A stretch of 64,000 nt of DNA, from NCBI RefSeq assembly GCF_006345805.1, contig NC_043015.1:43772001-43836000 (forward strand). Reading direction: 5' to 3'. This document shows positions 1 to 12,600 of this stretch, piece after piece (position 1 is the first letter of the stretch; each line of letters opens with the position of its first letter). A program made the translations under genes and the position numbers. Source of the stretch: Octopus sinensis (lineage: Eukaryota). Under the pieces are notes generated by a model that was not told where the DNA came from, made no database searches, and worked only from the letters and a program-made list of their open reading frames with translations.

Positions 1-99
1 ATATTCTCCTCTCAAATTTACACACTTTTTTTCAGCAGTCTTTCAGTTTTTCTGAGGCCCGTAAAAGAATCAGTAGGCTGGGCCTCTAAGCAGGCATTT

Positions 100-400
100 C
101 GGGATACTCTTAAAGCCAGGACCTCTTCGTATGTGCAAAGCGTGGACACAGTGCACAGTGTGGAAGTCGATACCCGAGTTGAACGACCGAAAGGTGGGAC
201 ATTAGTCTGGTCTACTGGAAGGTTTCGATGCCAATGCAGATATGTTTTTCATTTCTTCCGATCTGCTGACAGGAGATGCAACGTGGAAGAATATTTTTGA
301 TGCGAAATCCAACGCTCAGTTGTGATGAAGGTAACAGATTTCATATATGGACATGTAGCGACATGATTTTCTAGGATAAGAAGGCCGATGTATGGCATTA
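100..400 (+). mobile_element. Highly decayed RTE-like LINE RT C-terminal fragment
   Basis: Frameshifted peptides CKAWTQ (cf. LLYGCETWT), LEGFDANA (cf. LDAFD) and IYGHVA (cf. LYGHVAR) occur in the expected order. Confidence 0.35.
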
Positions 401-437
401 ACAAAATATATATATAAGTATATGATGTCTTGGTCCT

Positions 438-743
438 GCGTTGGTTACGACGATGAGTGTTCGGGTTGAGGCGATCAAACGAACATGTGGTTTTAACCTG
501 CAAGTAGCTGAGCACTCCTCAGACACCCGTATTTTAAACGTAGTTCTCAGGGAGATTCAACGTCTTACGGAATGTGACAAGGCTGGCCCTTTTGAATTAC
601 TGGAACAATTCATTTTTACCAGCTGAGTGGACTGGAACAACGCAAAATAAAGTGTCTTGCTCAAGGACACAACGTGTTGCCAGGAATTGAACTGAAGATC
701 TTAGGATCGTGAGCCGAGTACCCTAACTATTAAGCCACGCGCC
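438..743 (-). mobile_element. tRNA-derived SINE, C-type head joined to D-type tail
   Basis: Head (rc of gccacgcgcc...gctgagtggactgg) matches 28725-28961 and 50764-50997; tail ggttacgacgatgag... matches 27854-28235 and 44046-44425. Confidence 0.7.
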
Positions 744-859
744 ATTATATAAATATATAAATATATAAATGAACGACAAAAACAAAAGCAAAAAGAAAAC
801 AAAACAATGAAACAAGCGCAGGCATTGTTATGTCGTTCTGACTGGATACAAAGTGTAAA

Positions 860-1135
860 TTTGTTAGACGGAAACTGTATGGAAGCCCGTCGTATATGTG
901 TGTGTGATTTTGCGTTTGTGTATAAACCTTAATTGTTTGATAACATGTGTTGGTTTGTTTACGTTCCGCCTTATTTCGGCGGAAGAGATAAATAAAATAT
1001 ATATGATACACGAAAAATATAGAAAAGAAAAAATAGCAAAAATACTGGGGTCGAATTTGTTTTACTATAACTCTTTCGATGCGATGCTCCAGCATGGCCA
1101 CAGTCCTGGACCAAAACAAGTAAAAGATAAAAAAC
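860..1135 (+). mobile_element. SINE family A, 5'-truncated
   Basis: gacggaaactg...gaagcccgtc, internal microsatellite, tail ccagcatggccacag...gtaaaaga shared with other A copies. Confidence 0.7.
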
Positions 1136-1150
1136 ATAATAAATAAACAT

Positions 1151-1615
1151 AGGCGCAGGTGTGGCTGCGTGGTAAGAAGCTTGTTTCCTAACCACATGGT
1201 TTCGGGTTCAGTCTCAGTGCGTGGCAACTTGGGCAAGTGTCTTCTACTATAGTCTCAGGCCGACCAAAGCCTTGTAAGTGGATTTGGTAGGCGGAAACTT
1301 AAAAAATCCTGTCGTATATATATATTATTATATATAGTTATATATATATATATATATACACATATATATGTATGTATATATATTTATATGTGTGTGTCTT
1401 TGTGCCTTTGTCCCACAATCCCCACCACCATCACCACCACTTGACAACCCGTGTTGGTCTGTTTGCGTCCCCGTAACTAAGCGGTTCGGCTATAAAGGCC
1501 GATAGATTAAGTACTAAAAAATGAGTTCTGGGGCCGATTCATTCGACTAAAAATTCAAGACGGTGCTCCAGCATGGGCGCAGTCAAACGACTGTAACAAG
1601 TAAAAGATGAAAAAT
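1151..1615 (+). mobile_element. SINE family A
   Basis: tRNA-like head (ggcgcaggtgtggctgcgtggtaag...ggttcagtc), CORE-like ttgggcaagtgtctt, (TA)n/(TG)n core, gtaaaaga tail. Confidence 0.8.
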
Positions 1616-2036
1616 AAGATAAACTAGACTAACCCTGAGCTGAGTTCAGAAACCAGCCAGATCCAATAATGTCCGTGTGCCTAAGTATAAAATAGTTATA
1701 TTTTTCTGATATTCAATATTTACTTATATCCGTTTGTATTTTGCTACAAATTTTCCAGAAAAATCAATAAGTATACATGTGTTGGAATACAGACAGCAAA
1801 TCTTCTTTTATCTGATGCCAAGTGGTTAAGTGGAAATGAAGAGATTGGTTGGTACTTTGTCTTCGGCTGTCACAAGTTGTACGGAGTTTTATTAAATGTT
1901 TTCCTCAAGTTTCAAATGTTAAATAGCATGTATTTAAGTCTTTACTTGTCGTGTGTTTCACAGGAAGTACGTATGTGATACATATGTGGTATATGCTGCA
2001 AGAAGGCCAGTGTATCACGTGATGTACAGGACATAT

Positions 2037-2460
2037 TTCGCTGGCGTCCCTGCATCGTATATGATGCACATCCCTATTTACTATTTGCTATCATGAGAGA
2101 AATTTGAGTCTTCTGAAAGGGCAGCTTTATATTACCCATAGCGTATGAAACAAGGGCAAACTAAAAGTTTGAAAACAAACATGGATGTTTAGGACAAACC
2201 TATAAAAATGTCTTGGGTAGGCAATGGAATAAATATGGATCAAATACAATTAGCTGTTCCTTCAGATGTAGCTTTATCGCTTTGCATGTCCTGGAGATTT
2301 TTCCCTGGCGTCCATGCACCATATATAATGCACATTTCTATTTTTTTAAACCCCAAAATAACTGGGAACTTATGAAAGTAAAGCCTTATATTGCACAGAG
2401 CGTATGAAACCAGAAGTTACTAGAAACCTGAAAACAAGGTTGGTCGTTAAGGACGAATAC
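2037..2460. repeat. Diverged tandem duplication, period ~260 bp
   Basis: ctggcgtcc(c/a)tgca...atgcacat at ~2042 and ~2305; agcgtatgaaac and gaaaacaa blocks repeat at the same offset. Confidence 0.5.
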
Positions 2461-2734
2461 GGATTTGGACAGGGATAGAGTCAAAATGATAGAGTGCAAA
2501 TTTGAGAATTGATTTAATGTCAGCATATATGAATTACTTTTAATGAATTTAGTGTAATTCACATATATTGGTTTCTGAATATAATTAGTCGTCGCTCAAG
2601 GCTCAATGAGAAATTAAAAATTCATAAATTAAAAATTCATAATTGACGTTACTTGTACTGAGCAGATTATTTCTGTCATTAACCAACGAAATTAAATTTG
2701 AAGAGAGAAATAACATCTTATAGTATTTTCCTTA

Positions 2735-3365
2735 TCTGCTGCTCCTCCTCTTTACATCCTTATCTCCTACTCCCCTCCTTTCTTCCTTATCTCCTACTCC
2801 CCTCCTTTCTTCTTTTCACTTTCAACTTCTTTCTTTTCTTTCTCTTCCAATTCCTTCTCTTCCGATTCCTTCCTTTCTTCCTCTCTCTCCCTTCCCTCTA
2901 TTTTTCTCCACCCCGCACCTCCTCTATCTCCCTTCCTCCTGCACCTGCTCCCTCTCTCCTCGTCCTCCTCTTTCTCTTCCACCTTCTATTTCTCTTCCTC
3001 CTCCCCCTCTTCTACTCCTTCCCCTCCTTCTCTTCCACCTCCTCTTGTCTTCCTTCTCATCTTCCACTGTCTATCCTCCACCACAACGTCCCCCTCTTAG
3101 TTCTCCTCTTCCTCCATCTCTTCCACCTCTTCCTCCACCTCTTCCTCCGCCTCCTCCGCCTCTTCCTCCTCCTGCTTCTCCTCCTCCTCCGTTTCTCTTC
3201 TTTCCCCTCCCCTTCTCCCCTTCTCCTCCGTCTCTCCGTTCTCCTCCTCCCTACCTTTTATCTACTACCCTCTCGTCCACCCTCCACGGTCCTTTTCCTC
3301 CTCCTCGTCGTCATCGTCGTCATCGACCTCCTCGTCGTCAAACTCCTCCCCTCCCCTCCTCCTCT
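2735..3365. repeat. Polypyrimidine (CT/CCT/CTT) low-complexity tract
   Basis: About 630 bp almost entirely C/T on the + strand. Confidence 0.9.
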
Positions 3366-3443
3366 ACATGTAATACCTGGACTAAATGTAATATCAGATT
3401 GCTTGCGATGCAGACGACATACTGTACACGCGTTAATGACCGG

Positions 3444-3676
3444 ATTGGACACAGTCTCACTGAAAGGTGACGTCAACGACAGTTCTTGACGTGAACACGT
3501 TCGTTAGCTTATCGCTTAAATTTCTTTTAAAACACTCCAAAAATCCCAACTAAACTGAATTGAATAATTGAACAACTAATAACATTCCTATAATAAATTC
3601 TGTTTGAAGCCATTCCTCAATTCATTCAATCTGCGAATGTCGTATCCTCGATGAGTTCGATGTGTGCAAAATGGCG
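3444..3676. promoter_or_regulatory. Promoter-like motif cluster (CCAAT box, CRE, YY1-like)
   Basis: ATTGG 3444-3448, TGACGTCA 3468-3475, TGACGT 3487-3492, CAAAATGGCG 3667-3676 in non-repetitive CpG-containing DNA. Confidence 0.25.
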
Positions 3677-3967
3677 TTGTTTCGTTTTTGTTTTAATTTG
3701 TTGATCCTCGCACGCTTTCAAGATCGACATTAATGATGCAGGGGTATTAATTAGTGTCTGATATCAGTTAGATAAACACCCCCACAATACAAACAAACAA
3801 ACAAACAAACTGGAAAACGCTCGAGAGGAACATCACAGACGAACTAGTTTTGATGGTATCAAGAACTCGACTATACTATCATACAGTGAATGAGTAAAGA
3901 ATAAGGGAGGAATAGGACCTGAATGGTGATGCTTGATATTGAAAATGCTGAGATTGGATAATGCCTT

Positions 3968-4225
3968 ATGATGATGTTGTTGATGATAATAACGTTGGTG
4001 ATGATGATGATGTTGATGATGACGATGATGGCGATGATGATGATGATGATAATGTTGATGATGACGACGATGATTATGATGTTAATGACGATGTTGTTGA
4101 TGATAATAACGTTGGTGATGATGATGATGATGGCGATGATGATGATGATGATAATGTTGATGATGACGACGATGATTATGATGTTAATGACGATGATGTT
4201 GATGATGATAATAATGTTGATAATT
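3968..4225. repeat. Compound (GAT)n microsatellite with an internal block duplication
   Basis: The block gatgttgttgatgataataacgttggtgatgat...gattatgatgttaatgacgatg occurs twice. Confidence 0.9.
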
Positions 4226-4339
4226 GTCGGTTCCTTAGAAGGAAAGAAAGAACAAAGGAAATTTCGAGATAAGTAACTGTTTATGGCAAAAGAAATTACG
4301 TTTCCCATATTTATCAATTCAAAATGTAAAAGTAAAAGT

Positions 4340-5720
4340 AGAAAAAGTGTTGAATACCAACGATAAATGTGTAAAACGAGGAAAATGCGATTCATTGAAA
4401 GAAATGTTTGGCATCACAAAGGAAACGGTGAATGGCTGTGCAGTGAGGATAAAATGTTATATTATCCTCATATTGAAAGCAAGGGAGAAGTTGGGCATGC
4501 AATTGGAATGGCAGCCAGTTCCAACACTATCCATTCTTCCAAAGGATGAAAAGTGTCCTAAATGCCAATTTCAGACAGAGCAACACCAGTGTAATCGTCA
4601 ACGTCTGAATCAGAGACTAAAGGTGAATATCAAGTGTCCGAAAAACCAGATTAAGAATCCTCACAAATCCTCACAAACAAGGAGGAAGTATAACAAAACT
4701 GGTACTGCAAACAAGTTAGTAATATCTTCCAAGCTATCAACCTCAAAAGCAGCAACAGTTTGCCTTCAAGTAAAAAAAGAAAATGAAGAAAGCACTTCAT
4801 GTAGAAAACTGGTCATTGCATTTTGATGGTAAACGTATTGATGACGAAGAATACCAAATGCTAGTTTAAAGAATGGAATTGAATTAGAAGCACTGAAATT
4901 ACCAAGCGGAAAAGCTGATACTGTTGTGAAAGGATTAACTGCTGTTTTAGATGAATAAAATTTATGGAACTGTGTAAAGATGATTGTCGCTGATACAACG
5001 AATGTGAACACTGGGAAAAGAAATGGCATTGTCATTCAGTTACAAAGACTGTTTGCTCAAAAGGGTTTGAAAGAACCGCCATTTATTGGTTGTCAGAATC
5101 ATATGGGTTGTCAGTCATCCTTGATAGAGCCCTTAGTGTTATAATGGATAACAAACTCGGAGAAAAAAAGTCATCTCCCAACATTGAATATGTATTCATC
5201 CCAGAGCTTCTAAGTAATTACGAGAAACTCCAGGATAATTTCAACAATGGCGAAGAAAAGATTACTAAACCAGCAGGATGGCGAATGACCAGAAATTTCT
5301 ATTTCATTTGATCAGAGGTTTTCGTTTCTTTGAAGGAAACGGAAATTTTTCTACTGTAAAGTGTAAAAAAATACTCAACTTAAGTAATGCAAGATGGAAT
5401 TCTCGAGCAATACTAGCTCTTTTGGAATTTATTCTTCTACCAGAGAAAAGAATTTTGCTTCTCAACGTTTTTCGATTCATCTCATACAGCTGAGCAAATG
5501 TTCAATGCACATGATTATCAGAAGTTATGTGGTTGCCTCCAAATTCATTAAAATGCACTGAACTCTGTAAAGTACTTTTGGGTCGAGAACCATCAAAATT
5601 GTAAATTCCAATGACAAATCACAGAGCAGAACGGGCAGTCAAGAGCCTTCAAGATCTTTATGAAGAGACACATCAGCTTCGATTTATTTTATCTAACAAA
5701 ACATATTCATTCTTTGTTAT
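4340..5720 (+). pseudogene. Decayed hAT-superfamily (hATm-like) transposase
   Basis: Across frameshifts and stops: WLCSEDK, SLHFDGK (first catalytic D), IVADTTNVNTGKRNG (second D), FIGCQ.H..LDR (CxxH), LSNARWNSRAI, MTNHRAERAVK (catalytic E). Confidence 0.8.
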
Positions 5721-5919
5721 GTTTAAAAATTTACTAACATTTAGCAAACTTTTTCTGATACAGTTACTTAAAATTGGAAGCAAACCTATAAAGTTAAAGA
5801 TACGTATTGTTTTTAGTTTTGTATGCTTTCAAATGCTTGCAGTGGCCTCTGTTTTAAAACAGCCTATTTTTAAACATTTGAATAGAGCAATTTCAATTTA
5901 GTAATCTACATACACATAT

Positions 5920-6126
5920 ACAAATGAGTTGCGATGATGTCCCTGGTGACAAGCTTTATCGGTCTTTGCCTTTCCTTTGGATAACATTGGTAACATGAAG
6001 AAGAGAGGATGGTGTTCGTGGGTGACCGCTGGTCCTCCATAAATATCCTTGCCCTGACGTGTGCCTTGGAGGGCAACTTTCTAGGTGCAATCCCATGGTC
6101 ATTCATGACCGAAGGGGGTCTTTACC
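5920..6126 (+). mobile_element. SINE tail, F type
   Basis: ggataacat...aggtgcaatcccatggtcattcatgaccgaaggggg matches 40650-40830. Confidence 0.55.
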
Positions 6127-7340
6127 CGATGCTTCACCAATTCTGTAGATATCTCACCCTAGAGGGTTATATTATTCTAGCAACTCCAGAAGTTTGAAAG
6201 ACAGTGTTGAACTGAGCGGGATTTGAACTCAGAACTCTAGAAGCCGAATGTTACTCCGCATGGCATTTGTCCTACCCAACGACTTCTCTGTCAATTCACT
6301 ACTTGGAACTTAACAAGAACGACTACGACGACGACAACGACAACATATTATGAGCTATATAAATGATATAGAAATTGCATCAACAGCGAAGTTACACTCG
6401 TATTTCATAAGTAATTTGGAGGTTTTTAATTAATATTCTTAATATTCTTTAATTAATATTCAGTCATGTTGATTGATGTACAACTCGATTTAACCTTCGC
6501 GTGACTTGGCATCGAAGCGATGGCAGTTTGTAAATTTACGACTATTTTGATCTACGAATAATCTAATATTATCTGAATTTCTATTAGAACATGAAGTACT
6601 TTGATCTAGTGATCAAATATGATCCTCATATACAGTAATTTATTGATACCTTCAACAGCTTATACGAACAAACGAAGGTTTTCACATAAACAATTCCAGC
6701 GTTATTTAATCGCTCGATAGTACTAATGTATTATGATTCCCTTTACGGAAAGTTTAACAGACTACACTACACAGTATTGTTCGTTTTACCGATTCTTGCA
6801 GGATATTTGACAAAAATATGATACACAAATTACACGAATTCACTCCTGTTTTTACGAGTATCTATAAATTTTCAACTGAAACGATAACATGTATATGCCT
6901 ATCCCTAATATGTTCCGACAGATCGGAACGCAAATATGCTAACCACTGTTGTGCTCGTGATCGGTGAACAGCCTCTCGTTCGTAATGACGAGATGAATAT
7001 GTGTTCATAACACTCGTTTCATCAGTAGCAAGTATTCCTGGACACTGGTGTTTCGACATGCTATATCCCGTCAGTTAGAAGTACTCATACAAATGGATCT
7101 AAACAGGAGCTGATGGTCTTGTTTATAATTTCAGCGTACAGATTAATTTCTGATTCGTAATGATGACTCCTATATTTATTCTTAATACGAACTGGTAGAT
7201 CTGGGCCCTAATATATTCTATTCGAATTAATTAAATTGTGAGCTAGACTGCTCGATATATCAGCTAAATCTCCTATTTAACAGTACCTAGTGCATTTAAA
7301 AAAAATATAATTTTGTTTTGATACATGATAGAACACATTG

Positions 7341-7440
7341 ATAGGCGCAGACATAGTAGCGTGGTAATGAAGTTCGCTCTGCAACCATGTGGTTTCGGGT
7401 TCGGATCCAATGCGTGGTACCTTTGCCAAGTATCTTCATA
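7341..7440 (+). mobile_element. SINE family A head fragment
   Basis: ggcgcag...gtggtaa...caaccatgtggtttcgggttc...tgcgtggtacctttgccaagtatctt. Confidence 0.5.
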
Positions 7441-7864
7441 CAGGCACTCACAACACAACACACACACAAACACACAAACATGACAAACATAAACAAACAT
7501 GTATATATATATATATATATGCATATTTATGCCATATTTATATAATGTAAATATATATATATATTATTATATATATATATATATATTATATTATATATAT
7601 ATATATATATATTTATTCCATAGAGTCCCACTCAGTTACACAGATTCCCTGCGTGTGAGTAACGGAAAGAGTCAAAAATATTCAAAAGGTTGCAAGACGC
7701 AACGAAAATTTTAGAAAGATAAAGAAATAAGTGGATATTTTACCGATGAGTGTGTTAAAAATATAAGGCACCAAAAGAGAATGACTCTCCTCAGACACAA
7801 CAGCATACATAATGCATACATATATATGTATATAACATATACATATATAATATATATATATATA

Positions 7865-7928
<64 letters not shown>

Positions 7929-7959
7929 TACGTACTTATATATGTTTCCTACCTTATAA

Positions 7960-8400
7960 ATTAAATTAATATTTAACATTATAGTCGATTTTGATATAAT
8001 CATAATTGTTAAGTTTTATGTTTCTAGTTTGATAATAGAGTTTATTATAAGTAAAATTATCATATTATTTATATCTTAAAATATTGTTTAAATATTTCTG
8101 ATTTATTTTAGATATTTCAGTTAACCTGAAGATTGACTGTAACCATAACTCGAATTATTACGAATTGTACAGTCATGAAACGATTGTAGTGTTTTACTCT
8201 TTATCTTTTATTAAACTTTAAAATAATATAAATTAATTAATTTTATGTATTGGCTTATGTTTTTCATTGTTTGATTTGCCTAATAGTGGTTTTATCTCTA
8301 ATTTAATATAATATATATAATATATTTATACTATAAAATTGGATTAATCCTAAATCTGATTTTTCCCGTAAGTTGGATTTATTCCAAATATCTTATTATA
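7960..8400 (+). mobile_element. Penelope-like pLTR remnant with a degraded hammerhead (8122-8192)
   Basis: CTGAAGA-(tgactgta/tacagtca stem II)-GAAACgattGTA; downstream tagtggtttt.tctctaat...ctataaaattggatt.aatcctaaatctg matches 58160-58270; flanked by (TA)n. Confidence 0.55.
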
Positions 8401-8406
8401 TTATAT

Positions 8407-8469
<63 letters not shown>

Positions 8470-8692
8470 CATATTTACTAACGTAAGTATAAACAATCAC
8501 AGACCTGGGGTAAGTTCAGTTAATTGCATCGGCTCCAGAAGGATGAAGGCTAAGGTGAGTTGGAACACCTTAACATAAAGAGACAGAATATAGCCAGGAA
8601 AACGTTTTTCTCTGACTCTCCAATGAATGTGCCATTCTTAACACCCAATCTATGTTTTCATAATAATTAATATATCACAATGCAATATATAT

Positions 8693-8755
<63 letters not shown>

Positions 8756-8776
8756 CACAACCCCACCATTTATTGA

Positions 8777-8811
<35 letters not shown>

Positions 8812-8818
8812 GTAGTAG

Positions 8819-9596
8819 AAATATTAAATAACTAGTCTCTCTAAAAGAGAACAGCGGCAGCGTTCCCGGAAAATAATAGTTATCGCCATACTAATATGGC
8901 ATTCTTTATAAAAATAAGAAAAAAGCTGTCCGCTTATTAGCTCCATGAGGCCATCGCCTAAGTTAGCTATTTGATACACAAACTGTATCCATATAACCTT
9001 CGAACAAGGGAGGTCAGTCGCTCCACACTACTTGACCGGCAGCTACAGACACGTTCGGAGTATTGCCCCTTTTTCAATGCAGCGTAGCCAGCCAGTAGGT
9101 GTCGCTTCCGACAATCTCTGTTCGATGGTTTTATTTACCTAGTTTCGGTGGAATACATCCACTTGTTTCATCAATAAATATTAAAATAACTAAGTCTCTC
9201 TTAAAAGAGAACAGCGGCAGCGTTCCCGGAAAATAATAGTTATCGCCATACTAATATGGCATTCTAAAAATAAGAAAAAAGCTGTCCGCTTATTAGCTCC
9301 ATGAGGCCATCGCCTTAAGTTAGCTATTTGATATACAACTGTATCCATATAACCTTCGAACAAGGGAGGTCAGTCGCTCCACACTACTTGACCGGCATTG
9401 AAAAGGGGCAATACTCCGAACGCGTCTGTAGCTGCCGGTCAAGTAGTGTGGAGCGACTGACCTCCCTTGTTCGAAGGTTATATGGATACAGTTTGTGTAT
9501 CAAATAGCTAACTTAAGGCCGGGCCTCATGGAGCTAATAAGCGGACAGCTTTTTTCTTATTTTTATAAGAATGCCATATTAGTATGGCGATAACTA
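8819..9596. repeat. Tandem duplication plus fold-back inversion of a ~360-bp element
   Basis: 8819-9040 recurs at ~9178-9397; 9395-9596 is the reverse complement of ~8878-9081. Confidence 0.85.
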
Positions 9597-9642
9597 TATA
9601 TATGTATGTATATATATATGTATATGTATAATATATATATAT

Positions 9643-9673
<31 letters not shown>

Positions 9674-9820
9674 TATATATATGTACATACATACATATAT
9701 AAATACTAATTATCTTTGCCTAATTTATTTGAGTACTTTTTGTAGTCCTGTTACACTCTTTGTCTCTTTTGAAAGACACAATAATTATGACGTATTATAC
9801 ATTCACACACAGACACACAT

Positions 9821-9855
<35 letters not shown>

Positions 9856-9889
9856 CAGATATATATATACACATACATACATACATACA

Positions 9890-9951
<62 letters not shown>

Positions 9952-10574
9952 TAAACGCATGTATATATATAAATGCACATATATATATACACACATTTAT
10001 GAGTGTGTATGCCTAACAACATTTCTGTAACTATATCTCTCTATCTGTTTATCTATCTATACATTAACATTGGTCCTTGTTAATTCTCTCACCTCTAACC
10101 TGTTTAACCATAAATCACGAAGCTAATGAATTCTATGATTCTATAATTCGACAGCCATACCTCTAATCACAGACGTCTGATGACTTCTCTTGACCGTTCT
10201 TGTAGTCAATGGCTGATTGCAAATGAACATCTGTATTTTTGCTTTTCATTAACAAAAATTTTTCCTGTGAAATTGTTTTGAAACAAGTCCCTTAATTTAT
10301 TCTTGTTATTTGTTTGTTGACTTTAGGAAGACACGACGTTGATACAGGTGTAGTGGAGAGGAACATCGGTCTAAATGAATATATTTCTATTTTACTGGTT
10401 CTTAAATAATTTGAGTTCAGATTGTGCCGTTTTAATCTTAGCGTTTTTTCATACTGCTTTAGCATCGCTAAATTAATGCTCATTCACTTTCTGTATTCGG
10501 TTAATTAAAAGGGTGAAACTGTCTTCCTAATCAGTGTCTACGTTATGACTACAAACTCCGTGGAAGTAGACATT

Positions 10575-11238
10575 GCATTCATCTTTTCGGGATCGATAAA
10601 ATAAGTACCAGTCAAGCCACGGGGTCGATGTAGTCGACTTAACCTCCATCCCTAAATTTACTGGCCTGTTCCCCAAATTTCATTCCAAATCATTCTTCTT
10701 CTTCTTCTTCTTCTTCTTCTTCTTCTTCTTCTTCTTCTCTTCTTCTTCTCTCTTCTCTCTTCTTCTTCTTCTTCTTCTTCTTCTTTCTTCTTCTTCTTCA
10801 TCTTCTTCGTCTTCTTCTTCTTAATGCAGCGAGCTGATAGAGTCGTTAGCACGCCGGGAAAAATGTTGCGGCATTTCTTTTGAGGTGGACTTTGCCTGTC
10901 ATTTTTTGCGGATCGATAAATTAAGTATCAGTGTAACACTGGGGTCAATCTAATCGACTAGTCCCCTTCCCCGATATCTGAGGCCCAGTGACTTTCTTTA
11001 GTAGAAATGATTATTATTATTATCATAAAAAGCGGCGAGCCGTCAGAGCGTTATAACTTCGGAGAAAATGGCAGCATTTCATTTGTGTTTTTGTTTTGAG
11101 TTCAAATTCGGATAAGGTTGACTTTAACTTTCACCATTTCGGGGTCGAGGAAACAAGTACCAGTTGGGCACTGGGGTCAATATAATCGGCCAAACCCTCT
11201 CCCCCAAAATTTCAGGCCTTGTACCTATAGCAGAAAGG

Positions 11239-11240
<2 letters not shown>
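10575..11240 (+). mobile_element. Three consecutive family B SINE copies separated by trinucleotide repeats
   Basis: gcggcgagc head, gtcgacttt/cggggtcga/taagtaccag body; separated by (CTT)n and (ATT)n and followed by (CTA)n. Confidence 0.7.
10682..10822. repeat. (CTT)n microsatellite
   Basis: Direct reading. Confidence 0.95.
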
Positions 11241-11296
<56 letters not shown>

Positions 11297-11377
11297 AAAC
11301 TACTACTATTACTACTACTGCTGCTGCTGCTGCTACTACTACTACTACTACTACTGCTGCTGATGCTACTACTACTG

Positions 11378-11410
<33 letters not shown>

Positions 11411-11455
11411 AAACTACTACTACTACTACTACTACTACTGCTACTACTACTACTC

Positions 11456-11487
<32 letters not shown>

Positions 11488-11644
11488 GCTACTACTACTA
11501 CTACTACTCCTACTACTCCTACTACTACTACTACTACTACTACTACTGCTACTACTACTACTACTACTACTGCTGCTGCTGCTATTACTGCTGCTGCTGC
11601 TGCTGCTACTGCTACTACTACTACTACTACTGCAACTACTACTG

Positions 11645-11692
<48 letters not shown>
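11240..11692. repeat. (CTA)n/(CTG)n microsatellite, ~450 bp
   Basis: Direct reading; starts immediately after the SINE tail gaaagga. Confidence 0.95.
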
Positions 11693-11693
<1 letters not shown>

Positions 11694-12351
11694 AAGCGTA
11701 CAGAATTGTTACACACATTTCCTTATGCTGATTCTTGCCTGAGAATTATATTAAGACTAGATGTATGCCCGGAATATTCAACTACTTAATCAGCAAATAT
11801 ATCAGTTCATCTGATAAGTGGATGCCCGTCGTCGAAATCGCCAGATATCCCTTCAGGTACCTATGTATCTACGTATATTTTTTAAAATTCTAAACACCAA
11901 ATAATTGCTTTATATTACATCTATCAATATTGGCATATAAGAAAAATCGTTAAATGTATTCATACATTAGTCGATATCATTGCAGAATATTTCCGTGAGA
12001 AGCAGGAGTCTTAGTTTGACAGATTCCCAGTATTTCTTTGACGATATTGTCAGGGAAGGACGGAATAATTCTCTTGAAAACTGGGAGTCAATTTTGGTTG
12101 AAGGAAACTCGATCACGTTTTCTTCTTTCTTCTATTGATACAGATCAGAGTAGAAGAGCTATTTTCAATAAAGAATTTGCTGGAGGGATTTTCGTAAAAG
12201 TTTAGTACAAATATATTCGAGATTTGCAACGAAACGAGTCCTTAATCAGGTTAAGAAACTCAACTGAATGTAACGATTGGCCCTTCGTACATCGATTAAG
12301 ATAACTTTGTTAATGAGGAAATGGCGAAAAAGCCTTCTCTTAATCAGTTGT

Positions 12352-12414
12352 GCGAAATCTTCAAACAGCGAAATCTTCAAACAGCGAAATCTTCAAACAG
12401 CGAAATCTTCAAAC
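12352..12414. repeat. 16-bp tandem repeat x4 (gcgaaatcttcaaaca)
   Basis: Four copies, identical except that the last lacks its final base. Confidence 0.95.
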
Positions 12415-12600
12415 CACATCCTTCTGTTTTGAAAGGAAACGATGCAAATGTGTCCAGCATGATAGAGTGGCAGATACATTATATCTAGCAGAATGCAGAA
12501 ATGATCACACTTTCACATCTCTCATAAGATTGCTCATTCAGGACTGGCCTGTGGCAAAACGCTACGCAATAACAACGGAGAAACTTCTATATGGTTGTTG

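Noticed and set aside
2698-4395. Long Pro/Leu-, Asp-, Met- and Ile-rich ORFs
   Set aside because: Translations of CT-rich and (GAT)n simple repeats, open in several frames at once.
6985-7037. Minus-strand CUGAUGAAACGAG...CUCGUC resembling a hammerhead
   Set aside because: Stem II and a separate GAA are absent (G8A9 would be used twice) and stem I does not pair.
6862-7059. 65-aa minus-strand ORF with natural-looking composition
   Set aside because: No recognisable motif and a weak acceptor; cannot be told from chance.
11164-11742. 192-aa Thr-rich mucin-like ORF
   Set aside because: It is a (CTA)n microsatellite read from a TTG inside a SINE; no signal peptide or splice context.
11986-12300. 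Coding-like frames on both strands
   Set aside because: Interrupted by stops; no family motif recognised.
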